DNA of 64,000 bases from Sphingomonadales bacterium. GTDB lineage: Bacteria > Pseudomonadota > Alphaproteobacteria > Sphingomonadales > Sphingomonadaceae. Each line of letters begins with the position of its first letter. Positions within the stretch are counted from its first letter, which is position 1. Below, piece by piece: positions 36,970-45,943 of this stretch. Below the pieces are notes generated by a model. That model saw only the letters and a program-made list of their open reading frames with translations. It made no database searches and was not told the origin of the DNA. The stretch covers positions 25,155-89,154 of the forward strand of contig JANPCO010000131.1 in assembly GCA_031430995.1 (NCBI GenBank). The letters are read 5' to 3'. A program made the position numbers and the translations under genes.

Positions 36970-38376
36970 TTACTCAGCCGGAGTTGCTTCAAGCGCTCCG
37001 GCTTTGTTACGTTTGGTGTTCGGCCAATTCTTCGGCGTCAGAATGCGTGTGATTGGGCCGTAATCCGCCATCCACGCGGCATAATCACGATATTCGACAT
37101 TGGCAGACAGATGCCGTTCTTCGGTTTTGGCGCGCCAGAAATAAACGCCGGATACCATCGCCAATATCGCGGTGTTGCGCACCATATCCGTCAAGCTGCC
37201 CGTAGTGGCCAGGAACGGCATGGCAGACAGCCACCAGAACGCATTTTTCGACAGATACGCTGGATGTTTTGTAAACGCATAGGGTCCGTGGGTCAGGATG
37301 CCGCGGTCCGTCAGGTTAGAAAAGCGCAGGCCAAAGACAATCGTCGCCCAGGCGTAGATGCCCGTCAGGATGACCAGAACTGCACCAACGCCGTAAATCA
37401 GCACTGGGTGATCGGCCAGCCAGTAACTCCATTCAGCGGTGCCAGGATGATAGTTGAGCGGGCCATTATCGCCCATCATGATGAACGGCGGGTAGCAGAT
37501 CAGCGCAGCGGCCCAGCCTGCGGCATAAGGCGTGGCAGACCGGATATGAGCGTCAAGCGGCTTCATAGTCAGCAAATAGCCGACCGTGGCAAAGGCCACA
37601 TCCAGCACGAACATCAGATTGACCAGCCAGATGATCCAGGCCGCAGGGTTCCCGGCCATGGCCGCAAAGTCCGCGCCGACAACGCTTTCGAAATTGGGCG
37701 GCACAATGGAAAGCATGAAAGCCAGAAAAAAGCCCTTCACGGCCCAGCTGCGAAAATGGGCGAAAATCACCTGGCTTTCCCAGCCGTCCGTTCCCATTAA
37801 CAGCGCACCAAGATGCCAGGCGCCGTCGCGGGGTTCCTTCAACCGCGAATCAATCCACAAGATATAGACAATAGACAACACAAACGCTGGGGCCGCCATC
37901 ACCTTGTAAAAATCCATCGCGATCACGTAATTGCCGCGCCAGTAAAAGCGAAAGATGCAGTAAAGCGCCGCAATTAGTGCCCATGTTGCCCACAGGCCAG
38001 CCAGCTTTGTCACGGATGTGTCGATTGTTTCGCGCCACGGCTTGGCCGCGCGGTCAAAGTCCAGCCCTGTTGTCGGGTTGCGGTGAACCTTGTCGACAAG
38101 CAACGACCACAGCACCATCGGCACGCCACAGAAAATGACATTGACCGCGGATGACATCGGGCCATCCAGCTTGCCCGCACTGGCAATTTCAGGGTTATTC
38201 AGAAGGTCAGCCAGCCAGAAGCGCACTGGATTGATGTCGAACGTCAACGCAAAGGTCATCCAAACCGCGACGCCTGCCAACCCAGCCATGCCCACCCCAG
38301 TTGACACTGCCGAAGGCGGACGGGGCGGGCGTGTTTCTGGCGAGGCACTCGGGGCAGATTTACTCATGCCTTTCAC
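36970..38376 (-). CDS. Polytopic membrane protein with a C-terminal ICMT/PEMT-like methyltransferase domain
   Basis: The stretch THGPYAFTKHPAYLSKNAFWW plus EERHL resembles the isoprenylcysteine carboxyl / phospholipid methyltransferase fold. The N-terminal ~280 aa are uncharacterised TM helices. Confidence 0.55.
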   Translation of the reverse strand: MKGMSKSAPSASPETRPPRPPSAVSTGVGMAGLAGVAVWMTFALTFDINPVRFWLADLLNNPEIASAGKLDGPMSSAVNVIFCGVPMVLWSLLVDKVHRNPTTGLDFDRAAKPWRETIDTSVTKLAGLWATWALIAALYCIFRFYWRGNYVIAMDFYKVMAAPAFVLSIVYILWIDSRLKEPRDGAWHLGALLMGTDGWESQVIFAHFRSWAVKGFFLAFMLSIVPPNFESVVGADFAAMAGNPAAWIIWLVNLMFVLDVAFATVGYLLTMKPLDAHIRSATPYAAGWAAALICYPPFIMMGDNGPLNYHPGTAEWSYWLADHPVLIYGVGAVLVILTGIYAWATIVFGLRFSNLTDRGILTHGPYAFTKHPAYLSKNAFWWLSAMPFLATTGSLTDMVRNTAILAMVSGVYFWRAKTEERHLSANVEYRDYAAWMADYGPITRILTPKNWPNTKRNKAGALEATPAE

Positions 38377-38413
38377 TTAAGCGAATTTGGTAAGCATATC
38401 GTGAACAGCGCGG

Positions 38414-38704
38414 TCAACCGCCTGGTTTGAATGTCTGATGGTGGCGAATGACTTCATCAATGATGAACCGCAGGAATTTCTCACTAAATTCAGGGTCAAG
38501 CCCGGCGTCTGCCGCCAACTGCCGCAGCCGCCCGATCTGTGCTTCCTCGCGTCCGGGATCAGACGCGGGCAGGCCAGTGCTCGCTTTGTAGCGCCCGACG
38601 GCTTGCGTCACTTTGAACCGCTCAGCCAGCATATGGATCAGCGCTGCATCAATGTTATCAATGCTCGAACGAAACTGGGCAAGGGTCTGATCAGCCATGG
38701 CCAT
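38414..38704 (-). CDS. AroQ-class chorismate mutase
   Basis: The protein contains LAQFRSSIDNIDAALIHMLAERFKVTQAVGRYK and is 96 aa. Confidence 0.8.
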   Translation of the reverse strand: MAMADQTLAQFRSSIDNIDAALIHMLAERFKVTQAVGRYKASTGLPASDPGREEAQIGRLRQLAADAGLDPEFSEKFLRFIIDEVIRHHQTFKPGG

Positions 38705-38786
38705 GTCTTGCGGAACGAAAGGGACAATTGCAAGCCTGCCCGCATCCTCATATCACAGCGGCAGATATGACAGGAGATTTAACCCC

Positions 38787-40913
38787 GTGCGCACTGTGCC
38801 TCTTTTCGCTGCTGCTTTGGTGATGGCGACATCTGCATTGGCCGCCCCGCTGGCTGATCGCCCCAAACCCACGCGCGCGGTTGATCTGGTCGAAGTGCAA
38901 TTTGGGGAGAAAGTCGCTGACCCCTATCGCTGGCTAGAAAATGATGTGCGGAATGACCCCGAAGTCAAAGGCTGGGTCGATGATCAGAACAGCGCAACCA
39001 ATGCCTATCTGAAGACGCTGCCGGGGCGTGATATTTTCGCCAGCCGCATGAAAAAACTGCTTGATTTTGAACGCTACGGCGTGCCGCGCAAGGCGGGTTT
39101 GCGATATTTCTACACCAAGAATGACGGTTTGCAGAACCAGTCAGTCCTCTGGGTGCGTGACGGGATGGGCGGCACACCGAAAACTCTGATCAATCCGAAC
39201 AATTGGGCCAAGGACGGGGCCACGGCGCTTGCCGAATGGGCACCATCCGATGATGGGCGCTTCCTGCTTTATGCCGTTCAGGATGGCGGCACAGACTGGC
39301 GCACACTGAAAGTCATTGATGTGGCGACGGGCGCTGTGCTGAGCGATGATGTGAAATGGGTCAAATTTTCCGGGCTCGCCTGGACAGCGGATGGCAGTGG
39401 TTTTTTCTACTCACGCTTCCCAGAACCGAGCAAGGAAGGTGAATTCCAGTCCCTCAACGTCAATCAAGCGATATGGTTTCACAAAGTAGGGACCACACAG
39501 TCCGAAGATGTGATGATTTACGCCACGCCTGACCGGCCCAAGCTGGGCCACGCCGCGCAAGTGACCGATGACGGGCGTTATTTGCTTGTGACATCGTCTG
39601 CAGGCACAGATGACCGCTACGAGCTTCATGTCGGGCGTCTGGATAGCGGTACACCGGTCAAGCTGAAGCCGTTGGTGGAAGGCCTGGACTATGACTGGCA
39701 ACTGGCAGGCTCTGTCGGGTCAAAATTCTTCTTTATGACCAACAAAGACGCGCCGCGCAGTCGGCTGGTAACGATCGATGTGGCAAAGCGAAGTGCAAAG
39801 CCCCAGCAGATTGTGGCGGAGAGCAAAGACACGATGGTCGGCGCGTCGCTGGTTGGCGAACGGCTGATTGTCGCCTATCTCGGTGACGCCAAATCAGAGG
39901 CCGAACTCCGCGATTTGAACGGGAAACTGATTGCGCCCATCGCGTTACCTGCGATTGGAACCGCTGCAGGCTTTGGCGGTAAAGGCGGAGACGCGGAGAC
40001 ATTCTATGTCTTTTCCAGTTTTGCCACTGCCCCCACGGTTTACCGGTTCAACACCGCAACAGGCAAAGCTGATATTTTCGCAACGCCCAAAGTCGCCTTC
40101 AACCCCGATGATTTCGTAACGGATCAGCAATTCTTCACATCAAAAGACGGCACGCGGGTGCCCATGTTCATTGTCCGCCGCAAAGACTTGAGCGGCCCTG
40201 CGCCAACACTGCTTTACGGATACGGCGGTTTCAACATTTCAATGACCCCCAGTTTCAGCGCGACACGCCTGGCCTGGGTGGAACAAGGCGGCGTGCTGGC
40301 GATTGCGAACCTGCGCGGCGGCGGGGAATACGGGAAAGCCTGGCATGATGCCGGGCGGCTTGGCCAAAAGCAGAATGTCTTTGATGATTTTATAGCGGGC
40401 GGCGAATATCTGATTGCGCAGGGGATCACGGCAAAGGGCAAACTCGCTGTGCAAGGCGGATCCAACGGCGGCTTGCTGGTCGGTGCCGTCGTCAATCAGC
40501 GGCCTGATCTGTTTGCAGCAGCACTTCCGGCAGTGGGAGTGATGGATATGCTCCGCTTCAACCGCTTTACCGCCGGGCGTTACTGGGTCGATGATTACGG
40601 CGATCCGGGCAAGGAAGCTGACTTCAAAATCTTGCGCGGCTATTCGCCCTATCACAACATCGTCAGCGGCAAAGACTATCCAGCGATCCTTGTGACGACG
40701 GCCGACACTGACGACCGCGTGGTGCCCGGCCACAGCTTCAAATATACCGCTGCGCTCCAAGCCGCACAAATCGGCGACAAGCCCCATTTGATTCGCATTG
40801 AAACCCGTGCAGGCCACGGCAGCGGGAAACCAACCGACAAAGTGATTGCCGAAGGGGCAGACACATTCGCCTTCATTGCGAAATGGACGGGGCTAGAGGT
40901 TAAGGCGCGTTAA
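38787..40913 (+). CDS. Secreted prolyl oligopeptidase (S9A)
   Basis: It has a signal peptide, DPYRWLEN near the N-terminus and a catalytic GGSNGGLLVG motif. The GTG start at 38787 lies behind aggag. Confidence 0.85.
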   Translation: MRTVPLFAAALVMATSALAAPLADRPKPTRAVDLVEVQFGEKVADPYRWLENDVRNDPEVKGWVDDQNSATNAYLKTLPGRDIFASRMKKLLDFERYGVPRKAGLRYFYTKNDGLQNQSVLWVRDGMGGTPKTLINPNNWAKDGATALAEWAPSDDGRFLLYAVQDGGTDWRTLKVIDVATGAVLSDDVKWVKFSGLAWTADGSGFFYSRFPEPSKEGEFQSLNVNQAIWFHKVGTTQSEDVMIYATPDRPKLGHAAQVTDDGRYLLVTSSAGTDDRYELHVGRLDSGTPVKLKPLVEGLDYDWQLAGSVGSKFFFMTNKDAPRSRLVTIDVAKRSAKPQQIVAESKDTMVGASLVGERLIVAYLGDAKSEAELRDLNGKLIAPIALPAIGTAAGFGGKGGDAETFYVFSSFATAPTVYRFNTATGKADIFATPKVAFNPDDFVTDQQFFTSKDGTRVPMFIVRRKDLSGPAPTLLYGYGGFNISMTPSFSATRLAWVEQGGVLAIANLRGGGEYGKAWHDAGRLGQKQNVFDDFIAGGEYLIAQGITAKGKLAVQGGSNGGLLVGAVVNQRPDLFAAALPAVGVMDMLRFNRFTAGRYWVDDYGDPGKEADFKILRGYSPYHNIVSGKDYPAILVTTADTDDRVVPGHSFKYTAALQAAQIGDKPHLIRIETRAGHGSGKPTDKVIAEGADTFAFIAKWTGLEVKAR

Positions 40914-41005
40914 ATTCATTCACCCTCAAGACAGGTGGAGGCGCATAGACGGTGAAATGAGCCGCCCGATCAGGGGCAGCTACACTGACGATTGGGGTCT
41001 GTGAC

Positions 41006-41563
41006 ATGAGTATTTCGCGTAAAGTCGGTCTTGGCGCTGCTACCGTTGCGTTGCTGGCGACATCGATCAGCCCTGCGTTGGCACGTGGCGGGTATAATGA
41101 TGGCTGGAACAATTGGGGCGGCAACCGTGGATATGGCCGTCATCACAGGCGGCACGGCGATGATGACGCGGGCAATATCATCGGCGGCGTCTTGATCGGG
41201 GCCATCCTCGTCGGCGTTCTTGCTTCGGCCTCTAAAAAGAAACAACAACAACGCCGCGCCGATGGCTCTGATTATCCGCCGCAGAACGGGCGTGACCGCA
41301 ATCGCGGCGACATCGCCAGCGAAGATGCCGCCGTCGATGCCTGTGCCTCTGCTGCTGAAAGCCGCGCTGGCCGCACGGCAAGCGTGCGCGATGTTGATCA
41401 GGTGCGCAGCAATAGTGATGGCTGGGACGTCGAAGGCATATTGGAAACCCGCGATACGTGGCGCGATCGCTCTCCGGATCGCCGCCGCTTTAGCTGCTCA
41501 GTTCGCTACGGCGCGGTAGATTCGGTCTATGTTGAAGACCCCAAGGTCGCGTTTGCGGATTGA
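41006..41563 (+). CDS. Hypothetical exported/membrane protein with a Gly/Asn/His/Arg-rich segment
   Basis: It has a signal peptide, the stretch GGYNDGWNNWGGNRGYGRHHRRHGDDD, one TM helix and a C-terminal domain of about 90 aa. No family is recognised. Confidence 0.5.
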   Translation: MSISRKVGLGAATVALLATSISPALARGGYNDGWNNWGGNRGYGRHHRRHGDDDAGNIIGGVLIGAILVGVLASASKKKQQQRRADGSDYPPQNGRDRNRGDIASEDAAVDACASAAESRAGRTASVRDVDQVRSNSDGWDVEGILETRDTWRDRSPDRRRFSCSVRYGAVDSVYVEDPKVAFAD

Positions 41564-41580
41564 GATTAAGTTCACTTAAC

Positions 41581-41727
41581 CCGTTCATGGTGAGGAGGGA
41601 TTGAGGCCCCTGAGCTTGTTGAAGGGCGAAAGCCCGTCGCGAACCACCCGCCATCCTTCGAGACGAGCCCCTTTGGCGTAGCTCTGGACAGGCTTCGGCA
41701 AGCTCAGTCTCTCCTCAGGACGAACGG
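41581..41727. repeat. Nested palindromic (MITE/REP-like) element, family C
   Basis: The outer arms are ccgttcatggtgaggag (41581-41597) and ctcctcaggacgaacgg (41711-41727). The inner arms are ctgagcttgttgaag (41610-41624) and cttcggcaagctcag (41693-41707). Confidence 0.8.
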
Positions 41728-41751
41728 TTACGCCTGAAGTCATCACGCCCG

Positions 41752-42663
41752 CTAAATGCGCTCGCCCGACAAGCGTTGGCAGATGAGGTCCAGCTGCTCC
41801 AGTGACGAATAGGCGAGCGTCACGCTGCCTTCCTTTCCGTTATGACGAATGGCAATTTTCAGGCCAAGAAGGTCTGAGAGCTGCCGTTCCAAGGCCGCGA
41901 TGTCAGCATTGCTCGCAGTATCGCCGGTTAGCCGGGGGCGCACTGTTTTGGGCTTCGACCCTTTGCGCACCAGGGCCTCGGTCTGGCGGACGGACAATCC
42001 CTTGGCCATCACCTGCCGGGCGATGCTTTCGGGGTCTTCAGTGGTCAGAAGTGCGCGGGCATGGCCCATTGTCAAATCGCCTGCCGCAAGCCAGCCGTGC
42101 ACGGACAGCGGCAAATTATGAAGCCGCATCAGATTTGCGATATGGCTGCGCGACTTGCCGACGATCTTGGCGAGTGCTTCCTGCGTGTAATCATAATCAT
42201 CAACCAAGCGGCGATAGCCTTCGCCCTCTTCCCAGGCGTTGAGTTGTTCTCGCTGGATATTTTCGATAATAGCCAGTTCGTAAGCTGTCTTATCATCAAA
42301 ATCTTTAATGATTACGGGCACTTGATGCAATTGGGCACGCTGCGCCGCGCGCCAGCGGCGTTCGCCAGCAACGATCTGATAATGGCCCTCGCCTGACGTT
42401 TCCCGGACGATAATCGGTTGCAATAGGCCGCGCGATTTGATCGATTCGGCAAGTTCATCAAGAGCTGCTTCATCAAAATTCCGCCGCGGCTGATTGGGCA
42501 TAGGCCGCAGCCCCGCAACATCAACCATCCGCAATCCCTGCGGCAACGGCGCGCCAGTGCCATCTGTGGCAACTGAGGCCTCGGTTTGAATTTCACCAAG
42601 CAAAGCCGACAGTCCGCGGCCAAGACCGGACGGACGGCGTTTAAGGGGCAGATCTTCGCTCAT
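41752..42663 (-). CDS. parB: Chromosome partitioning protein ParB
   Basis: It has the GLLQPIIVR and IAGERRWRAA motifs and an HTH region. Confidence 0.95.
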   Translation of the reverse strand: MSEDLPLKRRPSGLGRGLSALLGEIQTEASVATDGTGAPLPQGLRMVDVAGLRPMPNQPRRNFDEAALDELAESIKSRGLLQPIIVRETSGEGHYQIVAGERRWRAAQRAQLHQVPVIIKDFDDKTAYELAIIENIQREQLNAWEEGEGYRRLVDDYDYTQEALAKIVGKSRSHIANLMRLHNLPLSVHGWLAAGDLTMGHARALLTTEDPESIARQVMAKGLSVRQTEALVRKGSKPKTVRPRLTGDTASNADIAALERQLSDLLGLKIAIRHNGKEGSVTLAYSSLEQLDLICQRLSGERI

Positions 42664-43439
42664 GCGGCCAGTTTCAGTTGGGGAAGCCGCCCAATCACTT
42701 CTCGCGCCAGCGCCATATACGCTTCTGACCCGGCACAGCGATAATCATAAATCAGCGCCGGCAGGCCGTGGCTCGGCGCTTCGGATAACCGCACATTGCG
42801 GGGAATGACAGTATCAAAAACGGCTGTGCCAAGGCACGCGCGCACATCATCAGACACTTGCTCGGTCAGCCGATTGCGCTTGTCATACATGGTGAGCGCC
42901 ACGCCTAGAATTGACAGCGCGGGGTTAAGCTTCGCATGAATTCTTTCATAAGTCTGGAGCAACTGGCTGAGGCCTTCCAACGCAAAAAATTCACACTGCA
43001 GGGGGATCAGCAAGGAATTGGCGGCCACCAGCGCGTTGATCGTCAGCAGGCCAAGCGATGGCGGGCAATCAATCAGGCAGACATCCCACCGGCCTGTGCA
43101 CACGTCCAGTGCCTTAGTGAGACGGTGGCTCCGCTCACTCACGTCCACCAATTCAATTTCCGCGCCGGAAAGATCAGGGGTCGCCGCGATAAGATCAAGG
43201 CGGGGAATACGGGTGATCGTCACGGCGTCAATCACGGTCGATTCGCCCATCAGCACATCATAGGATGACTTGATTCGCTGCCCCTGAGACACGCCCAACC
43301 CAGTCGACGCATTGCCTTGTGGATCCAAATCAATCAGCAGCACACGCCATCCCATGGCGGCAAGTGCCGTCGCTAGGTTAATGGCCGTCGTAGTTTTACC
43401 AACGCCACCCTTTTGATTGGCAATGGTGATTCGGATCAT
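42660..43439 (-). CDS. parA: Chromosome partitioning ATPase ParA
   Basis: It has the deviant Walker A motif NQKGGVGKTTT. Confidence 0.95.
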   Translation of the reverse strand: MIRITIANQKGGVGKTTTAINLATALAAMGWRVLLIDLDPQGNASTGLGVSQGQRIKSSYDVLMGESTVIDAVTITRIPRLDLIAATPDLSGAEIELVDVSERSHRLTKALDVCTGRWDVCLIDCPPSLGLLTINALVAANSLLIPLQCEFFALEGLSQLLQTYERIHAKLNPALSILGVALTMYDKRNRLTEQVSDDVRACLGTAVFDTVIPRNVRLSEAPSHGLPALIYDYRCAGSEAYMALAREVIGRLPQLKLAA

Positions 43440-44083
43440 GCGTTGCCTTTCTGCTTCACTTTTCGCGCGACGATAATGGCTGAGTCCGGATCTGTCAGGC
43501 TCTGTTCCACGTGAAACACGCCTGCCCAGTTCAGTTCAGCTGCTTCAACTTCTTCGCGCGCCTTTAACCCCTTTGGCAAGACCCAACGCGTTTCCGCTGT
43601 GGAAAACCTGTGGGCAACATGAAATATTTTGGGCAGCGCTGCAAAGGCTCGCGCTGATATGACCGAAAAAAATTCCTGCTCAAGCAGTTCAAGCCGTCCT
43701 CCGAATAAGCTTACATGAGGTAAATCCAAGGCCTCCATTGTTTCGACGAGAAAATCAATCCGCTTACGCCGCGACTCCACAAGCGTTATTGGCGCATTGC
43801 GCATGATGGCAATGACCAGCCCTGGAAATCCAGCGCCAGTGCCCAAATCAAGCCAATTGCGGCTCTGATCGTCATCAACACCAGGCGGAGTCGCATGGAT
43901 AAGAAGTTGCGCGGAATCCACAATATGGCGTGTCCAGATCAGGGGAATGCTACTGTCGCTGATCAAGTTTTGCTTGCCAGCCTCAATGATCACCATTGCG
44001 ACGAACGCATCAAGCTTTTCAAATGTTTCACGTGAAACGCCCCAAACATCAGTGAGCCACGCCTTGGCTTCGCTTTCAATCAT
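43436..44083 (-). CDS. rsmG: 16S rRNA m7G527 methyltransferase RsmG (GidB)
   Basis: It has the SAM motif [10 protein letters not shown] and lies in gid operon context. Confidence 0.9.
   Translation of the reverse strand: MIESEAKAWLTDVWGVSRETFEKLDAFVAMVIIEAGKQNLISDSSIPLIWTRHIVDSAQLLIHATPPGVDDDQSRNWLDLGTGAGFPGLVIAIMRNAPITLVESRRKRIDFLVETMEALDLPHVSLFGGRLELLEQEFFSVISARAFAALPKIFHVAHRFSTAETRWVLPKGLKAREEVEAAELNWAGVFHVEQSLTDPDSAIIVARKVKQKGNA
43504..43519. other. parS-like site TGTTCCACGTGAAACA
   Basis: It matches the palindromic parS consensus TGTTTCACGTGAAACA at 15/16 positions. It lies inside rsmG. Confidence 0.7.
44024..44039. other. parS-like site TGTTTCACGTGAAACG
   Basis: It matches the parS consensus at 15/16 positions. 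It lies inside the 5' end of rsmG. Confidence 0.7.
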
Positions 44084-45873
44084 GCAGCAAGACGTTTCGC
44101 AGCAACAAGGATCGTCGCAAGTGCAGCAGGGGTCAGGCCACGCATCCGCTCTGCCGCGCCAAGTGTGGTTGGGCGGGCCGCAGTCAACCGCTCGACCATT
44201 TCAGTCGACAAGCCAGCAAGTGCTGTATAGTCGAGAGAGCGTGGAATCTTGATGCCGTCGTTCGCGCGCATCGCGCGAACCTCCGCAGCTTGGCGTGCAA
44301 TATAGGGTGCATAGCGTGCGTCTTCGATCACTTCGGAAAGGATCGCAGGATGAACACCGTTACCGTCCGGAATGAAGTTAGCCGTTCGGATCAAATCATA
44401 GTGGCATTGCCGCCCGCCAATGCTCGTGCGGCCAAAGTTGTTTTCCAACCGGTGAATTAGCGCCAGCCGATCCCGTTCACGCGCCTCAAACCATGCCTTC
44501 CGCGCTGGCCCCACACATCCAATTTTTATCGCGAGCGGCGTTAACCGTGTTGCAGCATTGTCGGAACGCAGTCGCAACCGATATTCAGCACGCGCCGTCA
44601 ACATCCTGTAAGGCTCGGTAACGCCTTGCAAGACGAGATCGTCAATCATCACGCCGATATAGGATGATGCCCGATCCAGAATGACTGGGCTTTTGCCTAA
44701 TGCCTTGGCCGCAGCATTCAGCCCGGCCATCAGCCCCTGCGCAGACGCTTCCTCATAACCAGTTGTTCCGTTGATCTGGCCAGCGCAGTAGACGCCTCGG
44801 AGAGCCTGTACCTCAAGCGTCGGCTCCAGCGCGCGCGGATCAATATGGTCATATTCAACAGCATAGCCCGCCTGTGTGACTTCAACTGTTTCCAATCCGG
44901 GGATCGTCCGCAGGAAAGCCAGTTGAACATCCTCTGGCAGTGATGTTGAAATACCGTTTGGGTAAATCATCGGGTCATCCAGACCCTCTGGCTCCAAAAA
45001 GATCTGATGTCCGTCACGATCACCGAAGCGGTGGATTTTATCTTCTATTGAGGGACAATAACGCGGACCAACGCCTTCTATATCTCCCGAAAAGAGCGGC
45101 GACCGGTGGAGGTTGGCGCGGATGACATCATGAGTAGCCTCAGTCGTCCGCGTGATCCCGCACCAGAGTTGCGGTGCGTGCCGCTGCGCCGTCATATCGG
45201 AAAACGTCCATGTTTCCGTGTCGGACTGCTGAACGTTCAGACCAGACCAGTCAATCGTCCGTCCATCAAGCCGAGGTGGCGTACCCGTTTTCAATCGCCC
45301 AAGCGGAAGGTCAAGCGCACGGAGTTGATCCCCCAGAGACGTCGCAGCATCCTCACCCACACGTCCACCACGTGTCTGGGCTTCCCCGCAAAACATCTTA
45401 CCATTCAGAAAAGTGCCTGTGGCGAGCACCACGGCCTTGGCGCGCAACTCCGTGCCGTCGCCCAGCCGCAGACCGGCGAGTGACCCATCAGCCAGGATCA
45501 GCGACTGTGCCTCACCTTCGATAATCGTCAAACCGTCCTGCTCATCCAGCATCGCATGAACTGCTGCCTTGAACAGCTTACGATCCGCCTGGATGCGCGG
45601 GCCCTGCACGGCGGCTCCTTTAGACGCGTTGAGCATCCGGTAATGAATGGCGGCAGCGTCAGCGGCACGGGCCAAAATACCGTCAAAGGCATCCACTTCA
45701 CGCACCAGATGCCCCTTGCCGAGCCCACCAATCGCCGGATTACACGACATTGCACCAATCATATCGCGCCGAAACGACACAAGCGCCGTCGCCGCACCCA
45801 TCCGCGCGGACGCCGCCGCAGCTTCCGCCCCGGCATGGCCGCCGCCGATCACAATGACATCAAAACTGCGCAT
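44080..45873 (-). CDS. mnmG: tRNA uridine 5-carboxymethylaminomethyl modification enzyme MnmG (GidA)
   Basis: The N-terminus reads [19 protein letters not shown]. The start was taken at the ATG at 45873; the track start 45909 is also possible. Confidence 0.9.
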   Translation of the reverse strand: MRSFDVIVIGGGHAGAEAAAASARMGAATALVSFRRDMIGAMSCNPAIGGLGKGHLVREVDAFDGILARAADAAAIHYRMLNASKGAAVQGPRIQADRKLFKAAVHAMLDEQDGLTIIEGEAQSLILADGSLAGLRLGDGTELRAKAVVLATGTFLNGKMFCGEAQTRGGRVGEDAATSLGDQLRALDLPLGRLKTGTPPRLDGRTIDWSGLNVQQSDTETWTFSDMTAQRHAPQLWCGITRTTEATHDVIRANLHRSPLFSGDIEGVGPRYCPSIEDKIHRFGDRDGHQIFLEPEGLDDPMIYPNGISTSLPEDVQLAFLRTIPGLETVEVTQAGYAVEYDHIDPRALEPTLEVQALRGVYCAGQINGTTGYEEASAQGLMAGLNAAAKALGKSPVILDRASSYIGVMIDDLVLQGVTEPYRMLTARAEYRLRLRSDNAATRLTPLAIKIGCVGPARKAWFEARERDRLALIHRLENNFGRTSIGGRQCHYDLIRTANFIPDGNGVHPAILSEVIEDARYAPYIARQAAEVRAMRANDGIKIPRSLDYTALAGLSTEMVERLTAARPTTLGAAERMRGLTPAALATILVAAKRLAA

Positions 45874-45924
45874 GTCGGACGCGCTACTCTTTGCAGCGCG
45901 GGGGGTCAAATGGGTTTAACGTGA

Positions 45925-45940
45925 TGTTTCACGTGGAACC
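45925..45940. other. parS-like site TGTTTCACGTGGAACC
   Basis: It matches the parS consensus at 14/16 positions. It lies in the mnmE-mnmG spacer. Confidence 0.55.
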
Positions 45941-45943
45941 CGG

